Positions 16,217-26,202 of a stretch of 32,000 bases of DNA are shown in pieces; the first letter of the stretch is position 1, and each line of letters begins with the position of its first letter. The DNA comes from Verrucomicrobiota bacterium (GTDB lineage Bacteria > Verrucomicrobiota > Verrucomicrobiia > Opitutales > LL51). Position numbers and translations under genes: made by a program. Below the pieces are notes generated by a model. The model did no database searches, was not told the origin of the DNA, and saw only the letters and a list, made by a program, of their open reading frames with translations. The stretch spans positions 270,001 to 302,000 of the forward strand of contig CP095464.1 of NCBI GenBank assembly GCA_021294815.2, read 5' to 3'.

Positions 16217-16672
16217 CTAGGCAACCGCCTCTTCTGCAGGTGCTTTGGCCTTTTTTGCACCACGGCGCCGCGGCTTTTTATGACCGGCGTCATCGGCAGC
16301 AACAAGCTCGATGATCGCCATCTTACTGGCATCGCTGTAACGCGGGACGAGTTTATAAATCCGTGTATATCCCCCGTTGCGCTTCAAAAAGCTCTCCACT
16401 TTTTCGTCGAATAAGGACTTCACAACGCTCTCATCACGTACGCGTGCTAATGCAAGTCGACGAAAGTGCAGCTTTTGCTCCGGAGCTTCGACCGTGCGCG
16501 CCTTTTTGGCTAAAGTGATAATTTTCTCCGCAAATGGACGTAAGGCACGCGCTTTTGCAAGCGTCGTCTCAATCCGGTCATGGGTCAATAACGCCGTCGT
16601 TAAACTGGCGAGCAACGCCTCACGATGCTCCTTTTTAACACCTAAAATGTGATTATGTTTCTGGTGACGCAT
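16217..16672 (-). CDS. rplQ: 50S ribosomal protein L17
   Basis: MRHQKHNHILGVKKEHREALLASLTTALLTHDRIETTLAKARALRPFAEKIITLAK matches the L17 N-terminus. Follows rpoA. Has a basic/Ala-rich C-terminal tail. Confidence 0.95.
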   Translation of the reverse strand: MRHQKHNHILGVKKEHREALLASLTTALLTHDRIETTLAKARALRPFAEKIITLAKKARTVEAPEQKLHFRRLALARVRDESVVKSLFDEKVESFLKRNGGYTRIYKLVPRYSDASKMAIIELVAADDAGHKKPRRRGAKKAKAPAEEAVA

Positions 16673-16679
16673 GGTTTTC

Positions 16680-17666
16680 CTAACTATTTAACATCCGCTC
16701 GTCGACTTTCATCCCAAGCGATAATCCTAACTCTTCGAGCTTATTTTTAATCTCAGTTAACGATTTCTTACCGAAGTTGCGGTACTTTAACATCTCGTTT
16801 TCGCCCTTCATGACAAGTTCGCCAACCGTCGTAATATTTGCGTTATTGAGACAGTTCGCGGCACGAACGGAAAGCTCAATCTCGTTGACACTCATGTTCA
16901 GAAGTACACGTAGACGATTCTGCTCATCGCTTGCCTCACGGGCACCATCATCGAACTCGACGAAATCGCCATTAATCGAATCAAATACATCCAGATGTTG
17001 CTTTAAAATCGCAATCGAATCTTTCAATGCGGTCTCGGGCGTTACACGACCGTCGGTCCAAATCTCGAGCGTTAGCTTGTCAAAATCTGTCATCTGGCCA
17101 ACACGCGTATCCTCTACGGAATATCGGGCCAACTTAACCGGGCTGTAAAGCGCATCAATCGGGATAATACCGATGTCAGTCGTAAATTTCCGCTCGTCCG
17201 CCAGGGCATAGCCACGACCAACTTCCGCTTCCATCTCCATGAACAAGCGGCGCTTTTCGTTAATCGTACAAATGATCTGATCGGGGTTTACAACCGTCAC
17301 AGGGGTATCACTGTGAATATCAGCAGCGGTTACAACCCCTTCGCGATCCACATCTATGGAGAGATGGATACTTCCCCGGGTATCCGCCTTTAAAAGAACT
17401 TTTTTTAGATTTAAGATGATCGCAGCGACATCTTCAACAATACCGGGAATAGATTGAAACTCGTGAGCAACACCCTCGATCTTTACAGATGAAATCGCAA
17501 CACCTTCGATTGAACTCAGGAGTACACGCCGTATCGAATTACCGATGCTGTGACCGTAGCCGGACTCAAAGGGTTCTGCGACAAACATGCCATACGTATC
17601 CGTTGCGGTTTCTTCAATCCGCACCATCTTCCGCGGCAACTCAAATTTTCCTAAACGTCTGACCAT
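16680..17666 (-). CDS. rpoA: DNA-directed RNA polymerase subunit alpha
   Basis: 328 aa. N-terminal domain ...EPFESGYGHSIGNSIRRVLLSSIEGVAI..; C-terminal domain LNMSVNEIELSVRAANCLNNANITTVGELV. Canonical position between rpsD and rplQ. Confidence 0.96.
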   Translation of the reverse strand: MVRRLGKFELPRKMVRIEETATDTYGMFVAEPFESGYGHSIGNSIRRVLLSSIEGVAISSVKIEGVAHEFQSIPGIVEDVAAIILNLKKVLLKADTRGSIHLSIDVDREGVVTAADIHSDTPVTVVNPDQIICTINEKRRLFMEMEAEVGRGYALADERKFTTDIGIIPIDALYSPVKLARYSVEDTRVGQMTDFDKLTLEIWTDGRVTPETALKDSIAILKQHLDVFDSINGDFVEFDDGAREASDEQNRLRVLLNMSVNEIELSVRAANCLNNANITTVGELVMKGENEMLKYRNFGKKSLTEIKNKLEELGLSLGMKVDERMLNS

Positions 17667-17671
17667 AACGA

Positions 17672-18280
17672 CTAACGGCTATAGAACTCAACGATGAGCT
17701 GCGCATTAATTTTTTGTTCGAGCTCCTCGGCAATCGGATCGCGCTCAACCTTTCCGGATAATGCATCTTCGTCAAAGGTCATCCACGCAGGTACTGCCCG
17801 ATAACGGCAATCTTCAACACTCTGCACCGCACACCGTTTTGACGACGTCCCCTCACAGACCTCAATCGTATCCCCGGCTGTACAGTTATAGCTCGGAATA
17901 TCTACTTTTTGGCCATTCACTAAAACGTGTCCGTGGTTGACAAACTGACGCGCCGCCCGACGAGTTCGCGCCAAACCTAAGAGATAGACAACACTATCCA
18001 GGCGCATCTCTAAAAGACGTAAAAATTGCTCACTCGTTACGCCGCGTTTTGCCTTAGCCCGATCAAAGGTAAGACGGAACTGCTTCTCCGTTAACCCATA
18101 CATGTAGCGTAATTTCTGCTTCTCATTGAGACCGGTCCCGTATTCCGAAACCTTCCGACGGAGGCGTGGACCGTGGATCCCCGGACAGTACGGCTTCCGC
18201 TCAACCGCTTTACATGAGGGGAAAATTTCACAGCCAAAACGCCGATTAATTCTAGCTTTAGGACCTGTATAACGAGACAT
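17672..18280 (-). CDS. rpsD: 30S ribosomal protein S4
   Basis: MSRYTGPKARINRRFG.., EKQKLRYMYGLTEKQF, RLDSVVYLLGLARTRRAARQFVNHGHVLVNG (S4 domain). Confidence 0.96.
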   Translation of the reverse strand: MSRYTGPKARINRRFGCEIFPSCKAVERKPYCPGIHGPRLRRKVSEYGTGLNEKQKLRYMYGLTEKQFRLTFDRAKAKRGVTSEQFLRLLEMRLDSVVYLLGLARTRRAARQFVNHGHVLVNGQKVDIPSYNCTAGDTIEVCEGTSSKRCAVQSVEDCRYRAVPAWMTFDEDALSGKVERDPIAEELEQKINAQLIVEFYSR

Positions 18281-18301
18281 AGCTTTCTCTTCTCAAAAAA
18301 A

Positions 18302-18775
18302 TTAGATTCTACGACGTTTCCGGGGACGACAACCATTATGTGGAACCGGTGTTAAGTCCGTAATCGAATTGACGGTTAACCCGAGCGTCTGTAAGGCCCG
18401 AATCGCCGAATCACGCCCCATTCCTGGCCCCTTTACTTTTACCTCAACTTCCTTAAATCCGTGCGACAACGCTACACGCCCGGCCTCCTGAGTAACAACT
18501 TGTGCCGCATATGCAGTCGACTTCCGTGAACCACGAAAATTACACCGACCAGAACTTGACCAGGAAACAACATTCCCCTGAAGGTCTGTAAAGCATACCT
18601 TTGTATTATTGAAAGTTGCTAAAATGCTACATACCCCATGCGAAATATTCTTACTGTTCTTCGCCTTCCGGATCTTTGTCTCGGTTTCGCCCTCACTGAG
18701 GATATCTTGAACGGATTCCTTCTTTTCAGGAATTACCGACTCTTCCGTTAATACTAGCGATTCTTCGTCTGCCAT
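18302..18775 (-). CDS. rpsK: 30S ribosomal protein S11 (with an acidic N-terminal extension)
   Basis: Core ...[39 protein letters not shown]...[18 protein letters not shown]. About 25-30 extra acidic residues at the N-terminus. Confidence 0.95.
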   Translation of the reverse strand: MADEESLVLTEESVIPEKKESVQDILSEGETETKIRKAKNSKNISHGVCSILATFNNTKVCFTDLQGNVVSWSSSGRCNFRGSRKSTAYAAQVVTQEAGRVALSHGFKEVEVKVKGPGMGRDSAIRALQTLGLTVNSITDLTPVPHNGCRPRKRRRI

Positions 18776-18776
18776 T

Positions 18777-19151
18777 TTACTTCTTTCTTACGACACCAAT
18801 CGTCTTCCGTGCGCCCTTCCGAGTACGCGCATTGGTCGAGGTCCTTTGCCCCCGAACCGGTAACCCGCGGTAGTGACGGATCCCACGATAACACTTAATC
18901 GCTTGGAGACGCTTTAAATTCGATGCAATCTCGCGCCGTAAATCTCCTTCAACCTTCCAGCCATTTTCAATAACAACGGCTGTAATCTGGTTCATATTTT
19001 CTTCCGTGAGATCTTGAGCGCGCATATTGGAATCAAGCCCTGTCTGCTCGACGATGAGATCCGCACGACACGGCCCAATGCCATAAATGTAGCGCAACGC
19101 GTACGGCAACTTCTTATTATTCGGGATGTCAACTCCTATCAAACGCGGCAT
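18777..19151 (-). CDS. rpsM: 30S ribosomal protein S13
   Basis: [30 protein letters not shown]...[26 protein letters not shown]. Confidence 0.96.
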   Translation of the reverse strand: MPRLIGVDIPNNKKLPYALRYIYGIGPCRADLIVEQTGLDSNMRAQDLTEENMNQITAVVIENGWKVEGDLRREIASNLKRLQAIKCYRGIRHYRGLPVRGQRTSTNARTRKGARKTIGVVRKK

Positions 19152-19179
19152 AGTTTTTCTCTGCTAAAATGTTCTGAAA

Positions 19180-19947
19180 TCATTTTTGAGGTAAAGTCAA
19201 GACCTCCGGAGCATTCTCCGTAATCAAAATTGTATGCTCCCAATGAGCTGCCATTCGATGATCCGCCGTACGGATCGTCCAACCATCGGCATCAACAGCA
19301 ATTTTAGGGCTCCCCTGCGTAAACATCGGCTCAATCGCTAATGTCATTCCCGGCTTTAATACCGGACCTTTCCCGGAGCTGCCGTAATTCGGTACCTGCG
19401 GATCCTCATGCATCGCTCGACCAATCCCATGTCCCACCAGTTCTCGCACAACCCCAAGGTGATTAATATCCGCTACTTTTTGAATCGCCGAAGAAATATG
19501 CCCAACGGTATTTCCTGGCAACGCCGCCGCGATTCCCGCAAACAGCGCAGCTTGCGTCACTGAGACTAAACGCGCAACTTCCTCTGGCACCGCACCAACC
19601 AACACGGTTCGAGTATTATCTCCACAATAGCCATCGACGCTCATAGCGAGATCGATACTGACAATATCGCCTTCTTTTAAAATTTTTCGCTTCGAAGGGA
19701 TTCCATGGACGATTTCCTCATTGACCGAGAGGCAACCGTACCCTGGAAACACACGCTTTCCCGAACGAAAACCATAGCTTGAACTGACAGCACCGTGACG
19801 GTCCATGGCCTGCTTCGTGTAATCGTCAAGATCTTGCGTCGAAACACCCGGAGCGACTTTTTCACAGACCTCGGCAAGTACACGCGCGGACACCTCACCC
19901 GCTCGTCGCATTTTTTGAATTTCCTCAATCGATTTTATCGGAATCAT
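19180..19947 (-). CDS. map: Type I methionine aminopeptidase
   Basis: 255 aa. Metal-ligand contexts IVSIDL, GYCGDNTRT, VGHGIG, LAIEPM, WEHTILIT. Confidence 0.93.
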   Translation of the reverse strand: MIPIKSIEEIQKMRRAGEVSARVLAEVCEKVAPGVSTQDLDDYTKQAMDRHGAVSSSYGFRSGKRVFPGYGCLSVNEEIVHGIPSKRKILKEGDIVSIDLAMSVDGYCGDNTRTVLVGAVPEEVARLVSVTQAALFAGIAAALPGNTVGHISSAIQKVADINHLGVVRELVGHGIGRAMHEDPQVPNYGSSGKGPVLKPGMTLAIEPMFTQGSPKIAVDADGWTIRTADHRMAAHWEHTILITENAPEVLTLPQK

Positions 19948-19954
19948 GATGAGG

Positions 19955-21451
19955 CTACTTCAATGCCCAAGCAATCAGGCCAATCACCAGGGCAATCCCC
20001 AAAGCGACGAACACAACCTTCATCGTCCGGCAGGAATCGACGACATCTGCTATTCCGACAGAATCCTTTTTGCCACGTGACCGCATTTTCCCTTTTTGAA
20101 GGAACCCGTCATAATTGCGCTCAATGAGCTGCACCTCCATTTGGCGCATCGTATCGAGCAGTACGCCAACCGTAATCAATGTTCCGGTCCCTCCGAAAAA
20201 CATGGAAATCGTGTACGGGATGCCGCAATAAATAGAAATCAGATCCGGCAACAACGCAACGATGGTTAAGAAAATAGCCCCCGCCAACGTCAAACGTGTC
20301 ATCGAAAAGTCCAAAAATGCCGCTGTATCACTACCAGGTCGGACACCCGGGATATAGCCACCGCTCTTTTTCAGATCCTCTGCGATCTGCTGAGGTTTAA
20401 ACATAATGGACACCCAAAAGTAACTGAAACAGAGGATCAATAGACCGTAAACAATGTAGAAAACTGTCGATCCGTGCATCAGCGCATTCGCGATTTGTGC
20501 ACAAAAAGGAATATTCCACGCACCCGCAATATAAGTGAAAATCTGCTGCGGGAACATAATCAATGTACTCGCAAAGATAACTGGCATAACGCCTGCGTAA
20601 TTGACCTTTAATGGCAAAAATGAAACCTGCCCCCCCATCATTTTCCCGCGTCCGACAACACGTCGTGCGTATTGAACCGAAATTTTTCGATTCGCCTGCG
20701 TCACGGCCACCATGCCATAAATCACAACGACCAATAAGACTGCCATCAAGAAAAGATGGCCATTACCCAAACTTCCTGAATCCGCGCCAACAGGGCTATG
20801 AAACATCTTAATGAGTTGCATCACCGCTCCCGGCAGCGAAGACAAAATACCAACAGTAATTAAGAGCGAAACACCATTCCCAACACCCAACTGCGTGATG
20901 CGGTCACCTAACCAAGTCAGAATCATCGTTCCAGCTGAAAGAATAATCGTCGAATTGAACAAGAACCAACCATGATTCATTACAACGATATCCCCGTAGA
21001 CTGCCTGATTGAACCCCGGGAAAATTTTCTCTGGATAATTTGAAAGCGCTAAAACTAATAAAATACCCTGAATCAGACAGATCAAAAGCGTCAGATAGCG
21101 TGTATATTGCATGATCCGCTGACGCCCGTCCTGCTCACGTTGTACGCGCGCGAGCCCTGGCATCACCGCCACCAGCAACTGCAGAATAATTGAAGCACTA
21201 ATGTATGGCATTACGCCAAGACCGAAAATGGCCCCTTTTAAAAAGGCCCCTCCCGTGAACATGTTATACATGCCCACAAGACTCCCACCGGATGCCTGTT
21301 GGCTTGCAAAGAAGTCATGAAGCGGCTTCGGATCCAACCCCGGCAGCGGAATACTTGCACCGATCCGCGCTACAAATAACAGCGCCAGCGTAATAATGAC
21401 CTTATTACGCAGCTCCTGGATTTTCAAACAATTGATAAATGCTGAAAACAT
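19955..21451 (-). CDS. secY: Preprotein translocase subunit SecY (with a C-terminal extension carrying an extra hydrophobic helix)
   Basis: 498 aa. The N-terminus ..ELRNKVIITLALLFVARIGASIPLPG and overall polytopic pattern are typical SecY. Canonical position after rplO. The extra ~36 aa at the C-terminus are discussed in findings. Confidence 0.95.
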   Translation of the reverse strand: MFSAFINCLKIQELRNKVIITLALLFVARIGASIPLPGLDPKPLHDFFASQQASGGSLVGMYNMFTGGAFLKGAIFGLGVMPYISASIILQLLVAVMPGLARVQREQDGRQRIMQYTRYLTLLICLIQGILLVLALSNYPEKIFPGFNQAVYGDIVVMNHGWFLFNSTIILSAGTMILTWLGDRITQLGVGNGVSLLITVGILSSLPGAVMQLIKMFHSPVGADSGSLGNGHLFLMAVLLVVVIYGMVAVTQANRKISVQYARRVVGRGKMMGGQVSFLPLKVNYAGVMPVIFASTLIMFPQQIFTYIAGAWNIPFCAQIANALMHGSTVFYIVYGLLILCFSYFWVSIMFKPQQIAEDLKKSGGYIPGVRPGSDTAAFLDFSMTRLTLAGAIFLTIVALLPDLISIYCGIPYTISMFFGGTGTLITVGVLLDTMRQMEVQLIERNYDGFLQKGKMRSRGKKDSVGIADVVDSCRTMKVVFVALGIALVIGLIAWALK

Positions 21452-21454
21452 GAA

Positions 21455-21895
21455 TTAACGCACCGCCAATGCCTCGATGGTACCGCCGGCTGCCTCAATC
21501 TTCCGACGCGCCGCCTCCGAAAACTGATCAGCAATAACTCTGATAGCTTTCGTAATCTCTCCCCGTCCCAACACCTTAATCAATGACTCACTCGTACGCA
21601 CAACACCACGTTCAACCAACACTTCTCGTGTAATTTCAGCACAATCTAACCGTGCCAATGTGTCGATATTGATCGCAACAAAATCCTGCCCAAACGCTCC
21701 ATTTTTAAAGCCACGTTTTGGCAAACGGCGATAGTATGGCAGCCCCGAGCAACAAGGTGCTGGCGAATACCCCGAACGGGCCTTACCGCCCTTGTGCCCA
21801 CGACCCGATGTTCCACCAACACCCGACGCCTGTCCACGACCACGGCGCTTCGTTGCACGATTGGCACCAACTTTGACTAAATCATGTAGTTTCAC
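21455..21895 (-). CDS. rplO: 50S ribosomal protein L15
   Basis: MKLHDLVKVGANRATKRRGRGQASGVGGTSGRGHKGGKARSG is a typical L15 N-terminus. Confidence 0.95.
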   Translation of the reverse strand: MKLHDLVKVGANRATKRRGRGQASGVGGTSGRGHKGGKARSGYSPAPCCSGLPYYRRLPKRGFKNGAFGQDFVAINIDTLARLDCAEITREVLVERGVVRTSESLIKVLGRGEITKAIRVIADQFSEAARRKIEAAGGTIEALAVR

Positions 21896-21904
21896 AACAA
21901 ACTC

Positions 21905-22450
21905 CTATTCTTCATCCGCTGACGCGTGGCGTAAGCCCATCGCATCGCTGTAACGGCGTAATTTTTTGAGAGCATCTAAAGTCGCCCCAACCATCGCAAA
22001 TGGATTGTTCGAACCCATCGATTTGGACAGCACATCGGACACGCCCAACGACTCTAAAACTAATCGAACACCACCACCCGCAACAACGCCCGTTCCCGGA
22101 GCTGCGGGACGTAACATCACCAAACCGCCATCAAATGAACCGGTCACTTCGTGAGGAATGGTATGTCCCGCAAGGGCATAACTACGCAATTCTTTCTTGG
22201 CGTGCTCAACGGCTTTTTTTACCGCATCCGGGGTCTCCTTTGCCTTACCGAGACCAATCCCAACACGCCCAGCACCATCGCCTACCACAACAAGCGCTGA
22301 AAACCCAAAGCGACGCCCTCCTTTTACAACCTTTGCACAACGATTGATAAACACGACCCGATCAGTTAAGCGATTGGCCTCATCTGAGGGCTCGCTCTGA
22401 CGGTTGTTGTTACGTGTCCGCCGATTCGACTTCAAATTTGTACCACTCAT
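21905..22450 (-). CDS. rpsE: 30S ribosomal protein S5
   Basis: [50 protein letters not shown]. Canonical position. Confidence 0.96.
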   Translation of the reverse strand: MSGTNLKSNRRTRNNNRQSEPSDEANRLTDRVVFINRCAKVVKGGRRFGFSALVVVGDGAGRVGIGLGKAKETPDAVKKAVEHAKKELRSYALAGHTIPHEVTGSFDGGLVMLRPAAPGTGVVAGGGVRLVLESLGVSDVLSKSMGSNNPFAMVGATLDALKKLRRYSDAMGLRHASADEE

Positions 22451-22803
22451 TAAAACTGTACCCCCACGCTGCGAGCAGAATCAGCAAATGCCTTCACCTT
22501 ACCGTGATACCGCTTGATGCCACGGTCAAATACAACCGCTTGAACGCCCGCCTTAATCGCGGCATCGCCAAACGCTTTTCCAAACTCAGTCGCCCCCGCA
22601 ACATTCGACTTATGCGCTGTATTCTTTGACTGTGTCGACAAATAAACAAGCGTCCGGCCACAAGTGTCATCAATGCACTGCGCGTAAATATGCTTCTCAC
22701 TGAAGTGCAATGACAATCGAGGACGCTCCGCAGAACCTAAAACATTTTTGCGAATCCGTAAACGCCGACGTAACTGCACACACTTTTTATGATCTAAATT
22801 CAT
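22450..22803 (-). CDS. rplR: 50S ribosomal protein L18
   Basis: [35 protein letters not shown]...[23 protein letters not shown]. Confidence 0.95.
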   Translation of the reverse strand: MNLDHKKCVQLRRRLRIRKNVLGSAERPRLSLHFSEKHIYAQCIDDTCGRTLVYLSTQSKNTAHKSNVAGATEFGKAFGDAAIKAGVQAVVFDRGIKRYHGKVKAFADSARSVGVQF

Positions 22804-22814
22804 AAACTACCTCC

Positions 22815-23354
22815 CTACTTCGCCGATTTCTTACCTTCCTTCCGACGGACATGCTCGCCTGCGATACGAACACCTTTACCTTTATAGGGCTCCACCGGGT
22901 AAAAGCGTTTGATTTCCGCCGCAACCTTACCGACTAAGGCTTTGTCGGCACCCTTAATATTGATCTGCGTTCCATCCTTAATAGTAACACTAATTCCCTC
23001 CGGGATTGCATAATTCACCGGATGAGAGTACCCGAGCGAAAGATCCAAAACACTTCCCTTGAGAGCTGCCTTAAAACCAACTCCCTGAATCTCGAGATCC
23101 TTTTGATAAGGCGTTTGAACACCCGTTACCATGTTATGAATAATCGAGCGAACTGTTCCATGCATCGCATTCGCGTGCGGCGATTGATCTTTTGGCGCAA
23201 CGGTCAATGAGCCATCTACAAGCGATAATACAACTCCTTCACCAAAGTCCTGCTTAAGGCTTCCATGAGGTCCGGAAACCTCGACATGATTCCCTGTCAA
23301 ATTTACTTTCACAGACGATGGAATCTCAACCGGCAACTTTCCAATACGACTCAT
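22815..23354 (-). CDS. rplF: 50S ribosomal protein L6
   Basis: MSRIGKLPVEIPSSVKVNLTGNHVEVSGPHGSL. ATG at 23354 is preferred over the track's TTG at 23363, which would overlap rpsH. Confidence 0.95.
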   Translation of the reverse strand: MSRIGKLPVEIPSSVKVNLTGNHVEVSGPHGSLKQDFGEGVVLSLVDGSLTVAPKDQSPHANAMHGTVRSIIHNMVTGVQTPYQKDLEIQGVGFKAALKGSVLDLSLGYSHPVNYAIPEGISVTIKDGTQINIKGADKALVGKVAAEIKRFYPVEPYKGKGVRIAGEHVRRKEGKKSAK

Positions 23355-23356
23355 GC

Positions 23357-23746
23357 TTACCAAACCTTACACAATAATTCACCGCCAACATGGCTTTGAA
23401 GCGCATCGCGTCCCGACAGTACCCCACGTGGCGTTGTTAAAATACACATTCCGAGATTATTAAAGACCTTGGGGATCGAGTTACAATCGCAGTATAAACG
23501 ACGTCCTGGACGGCTACACCGCACTAATCCTGAAATCGCTGGAGTGCCTTTCACGTACTTTAAATCGACATGCAACGACTTGACTCCTGGACGGACTTCT
23601 TCGACACCGTAATCCTTAATATAGCCATTCCGCTTCAATACCTCCGCAACACGCTTGCGCATATTTGAAGAGGTAACCGAACAGCAGCGTTTACGCGCTG
23701 CACTCGCATTTCGGATAACCGTTAAAAAATCGCCTATTGCATCCAT
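23357..23746 (-). CDS. rpsH: 30S ribosomal protein S8
   Basis: MDAIGDFLTVIRNASAARK... is a canonical S8 N-terminus starting at ATG 23746. The track's start at 23785 would overlap rpsN. Confidence 0.95.
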   Translation of the reverse strand: MDAIGDFLTVIRNASAARKRCCSVTSSNMRKRVAEVLKRNGYIKDYGVEEVRPGVKSLHVDLKYVKGTPAISGLVRCSRPGRRLYCDCNSIPKVFNNLGMCILTTPRGVLSGRDALQSHVGGELLCKVW

Positions 23747-23747
23747 T

Positions 23748-24053
23748 TTACCACGACGCCTTAATAACTCCTGGGATCTGACCAAATGAGACCAACTCCC
23801 TTAACTGAATACGCGACACTCCAAACCGACCGAAATACGCCCGACCGCGCCCTGTAATTGAACAACGATTCCGTACGCGCACCGCCGAAGAATTCCGAGG
23901 AAGGGTCGCGAGTTTACGACTTGCCGCCCAAAAATCTTCATCAGAAGTTGCCGGATTTCTCAAAATTTTCTTCAACTCCTTACGCTGTTCTGCGTACTTT
24001 GCGACCATCGCTTGCCGCTTCTTATTTCTTTCAATGACCGATGTCTTTGCCAT
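23748..24053 (-). CDS. rpsN: 30S ribosomal protein S14 (long, 101-aa form)
   Basis: [28 protein letters not shown]...[41 protein letters not shown]. Confidence 0.95.
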   Translation of the reverse strand: MAKTSVIERNKKRQAMVAKYAEQRKELKKILRNPATSDEDFWAASRKLATLPRNSSAVRVRNRCSITGRGRAYFGRFGVSRIQLRELVSFGQIPGVIKASW

Positions 24054-24065
24054 AACGCTGCCTTC

Positions 24066-24614
24066 TTACGCACTTTTTTTACGGAACGGCACACCCAGGA
24101 GACGCAAAAGATCGCGACCCTCTGCATCCGTTTTCGCAGATGTTACAAAAGTAATGTCCATTCCAATCAAACGGCGTTCCTTATCTACCGTTACCTCAGG
24201 AAAAATTGTATGATCGACGATGCCAAGCGTATAATTTCCGCTGCCGTCAAACTTATTCGATACACCCCGAAAATCGCGAACCGCCGGGAGCGCAATCGAA
24301 ACCAAGCGATAGAAAAACTCGTACATCGCATTACCTCGAAGCGTCACTTTAATGCCATTCGGCATCCCCTTACGAAGTTTAAAGTTCGAAATGCTCTTTT
24401 TAGCTCGAACGACAATTGGCTTTTGGCAGCAAATCGCAGCAATGTCTTTTTCCACATCTGCAATAAACCCTTTGTCCCAGTCCGATGCAATCGCCGAATT
24501 GACGACAATCTTTTCCAAACAAGGAACCAAATGTCGATTCTTATAGTGATAAAGGTCCGTCAAATCCTTAACGACTGACGACAAGTAGCACTCTTTTAAG
24601 ACTGATTGTTTCAT
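24066..24614 (-). CDS. rplE: 50S ribosomal protein L5
   Basis: 182 aa. VPCLEKIVVNSAI.., NFKLRKGMPNGIKVTLRGNAMYEFFYRL, GNYTLGI.DHTIFPE. Confidence 0.95.
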   Translation of the reverse strand: MKQSVLKECYLSSVVKDLTDLYHYKNRHLVPCLEKIVVNSAIASDWDKGFIADVEKDIAAICCQKPIVVRAKKSISNFKLRKGMPNGIKVTLRGNAMYEFFYRLVSIALPAVRDFRGVSNKFDGSGNYTLGIVDHTIFPEVTVDKERRLIGMDITFVTSAKTDAEGRDLLRLLGVPFRKKSA

Positions 24615-24665
24615 GTTTTCTTATATCCCGAGATTACCGCTTTTCACGCCCCGGAACTCCTTAGT

Positions 24666-24911
24666 TTACTTCCGCTTACGGTCATATCGAGACGCAAGCA
24701 TCACATTCGAATAATGCAAACTGCTCTCACGCTCAACCTCTCCGCCCTCCGGATGATTTTGATCCTTCTTTAAATAATGTTTCCGCAACGCAACGCCTTC
24801 AACAACTACACGACAGGCTTCACGCAACACCTCCAAGACCTTTCCCCGTTCACCTTTATGCTGGCCGGAAATTACAACAACCTCATCATTCCGCTTAAGT
24901 TTATACTTCAT
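24666..24911 (-). CDS. rplX: 50S ribosomal protein L24 (short, 81 aa)
   Basis: KOW motif region [24 protein letters not shown]. Position between rplN and rplE. The ATG overlaps the rplN stop (ATGA). Confidence 0.92.
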   Translation of the reverse strand: MKYKLKRNDEVVVISGQHKGERGKVLEVLREACRVVVEGVALRKHYLKKDQNHPEGGEVERESSLHYSNVMLASRYDRKRK

Positions 24912-25273
24912 AAGACCTCCGGTGCTAAGGAAATGATCTTCATAAAATTTTTCTGCCGTAATTCACGCGCAATCGGCCCAAATATACGACTTCCCTTTGG
25001 ATTACCTTTATCATCAATAACGACACACGCATTATTGTCAAAGCGGAGATAACTTCCGTCTTCACGTGCAATCGGAGCCGCTGTACGGACAATCACAGCA
25101 CGGACAACACTGCCTTTTTTGACGGCTGCCTCCGGCGCACTCTGACGAATCGAGGCGATAATCACATCCCCGATACCTGCGGTGCGCGTGTTTTGACCAA
25201 GGCGACGGATCATCATCGCTTTTTTTGCACCCGTATTGTCCGCGACATCTAAAATACTTTGTTGCTGCAACAT
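24908..25273 (-). CDS. rplN: 50S ribosomal protein L14
   Basis: [26 protein letters not shown]...[30 protein letters not shown]. Confidence 0.96.
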   Translation of the reverse strand: MLQQQSILDVADNTGAKKAMMIRRLGQNTRTAGIGDVIIASIRQSAPEAAVKKGSVVRAVIVRTAAPIAREDGSYLRFDNNACVVIDDKGNPKGSRIFGPIARELRQKNFMKIISLAPEVL

Positions 25274-25281
25274 ATGTCCTC

Positions 25282-25548
25282 CTACTTCGATACCGGCATA
25301 CGCTCAATGACGCGCAGTACTCGCCAGCGCTTCATCTTGCTCAATGGACGTGTCTCCATAATCTCGACCTTATCCCCGACGAGGCACTCATTTTTCTCGT
25401 CATGTACATGGAGTACCGTCTTCCGGCGAACCTCTTTCCGATAGAGGGCATGCGGAATCTTATAAAAATACACCACCTTCAGGCTCTTATCGCCCGACTT
25501 TCCGGTCACGACGCCCTGTAAACTTTTTCGAAATTTCCGCGTCTCCAT
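25282..25548 (-). CDS. rpsQ: 30S ribosomal protein S17
   Basis: [19 protein letters not shown]...[31 protein letters not shown]. Confidence 0.95.
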   Translation of the reverse strand: METRKFRKSLQGVVTGKSGDKSLKVVYFYKIPHALYRKEVRRKTVLHVHDEKNECLVGDKVEIMETRPLSKMKRWRVLRVIERMPVSK

Positions 25549-25550
25549 AG

Positions 25551-25760
25551 TTATGCAACCTTTTGGTTATCAGACGCTTTGCAAGTCTTTTGTCCCAAAA
25601 AAGTACGAATTCGAGCACCCTGACGTCGAAGATCTGAAACAACGTGCGGTTTCTGTAAAAGCCCAGCACATTTTTTCAACGACAGCTCTAATAACTGCCG
25701 TTCAATCGAATGCAATTCCTCTAAAAGCTCCTGTACAGTTCCACTCGCTAAATCTTCCAT
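25551..25760 (-). CDS. rpmC: 50S ribosomal protein L29
   Basis: 69 aa. ...VQELLEELHSIERQLLELSLKK..GLLQKPHVVSDLRRQGARIRTFL. Its start shares one base with the rplP stop (TAATG). Confidence 0.93.
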   Translation of the reverse strand: MEDLASGTVQELLEELHSIERQLLELSLKKCAGLLQKPHVVSDLRRQGARIRTFLGQKTCKASDNQKVA

Positions 25761-26188
25761 TAGTAAGCCTCCAACTCCTCACGACTAATAAAGCGGCACC
25801 GGAAAGGTAACTTAAAATCCGCTAAACGAAATGCCTCCCGCGCAAGCGTCACCGAAACACCGGCGAGCTCAAACAAAATCATCCCAGGTTTAATTTCTGC
25901 GCCCCAATATTCTACAGCACCCTTGCCTTTTCCCATACGCGTTTCGGCAGGTTTCTTAGTAACTGGCGTATGCGGAAAAACACGGACCCACAGCTTTCCC
26001 TTTCTCTTGAGATGCCGAGAAATCGCGATACGAGCAGCCTCAATCTGAGAAGCTGAAAGACATCCACGATCTAAGGTCTGAATACCACAGTCGCCAAACG
26101 CTAAAAAATCACCACCACGAGCGTTTCCTCGATTACGCCCCTTTTGTACTTTGCGGTACTTCGTCCGCGCCGGAGATAACTTACTCAT
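25760..26188 (-). CDS. rplP: 50S ribosomal protein L16
   Basis: [21 protein letters not shown]...[47 protein letters not shown]. Confidence 0.96.
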   Translation of the reverse strand: MSKLSPARTKYRKVQKGRNRGNARGGDFLAFGDCGIQTLDRGCLSASQIEAARIAISRHLKRKGKLWVRVFPHTPVTKKPAETRMGKGKGAVEYWGAEIKPGMILFELAGVSVTLAREAFRLADFKLPFRCRFISREELEAY

Positions 26189-26202
26189 TGCTCACTCTCT
26201 TC

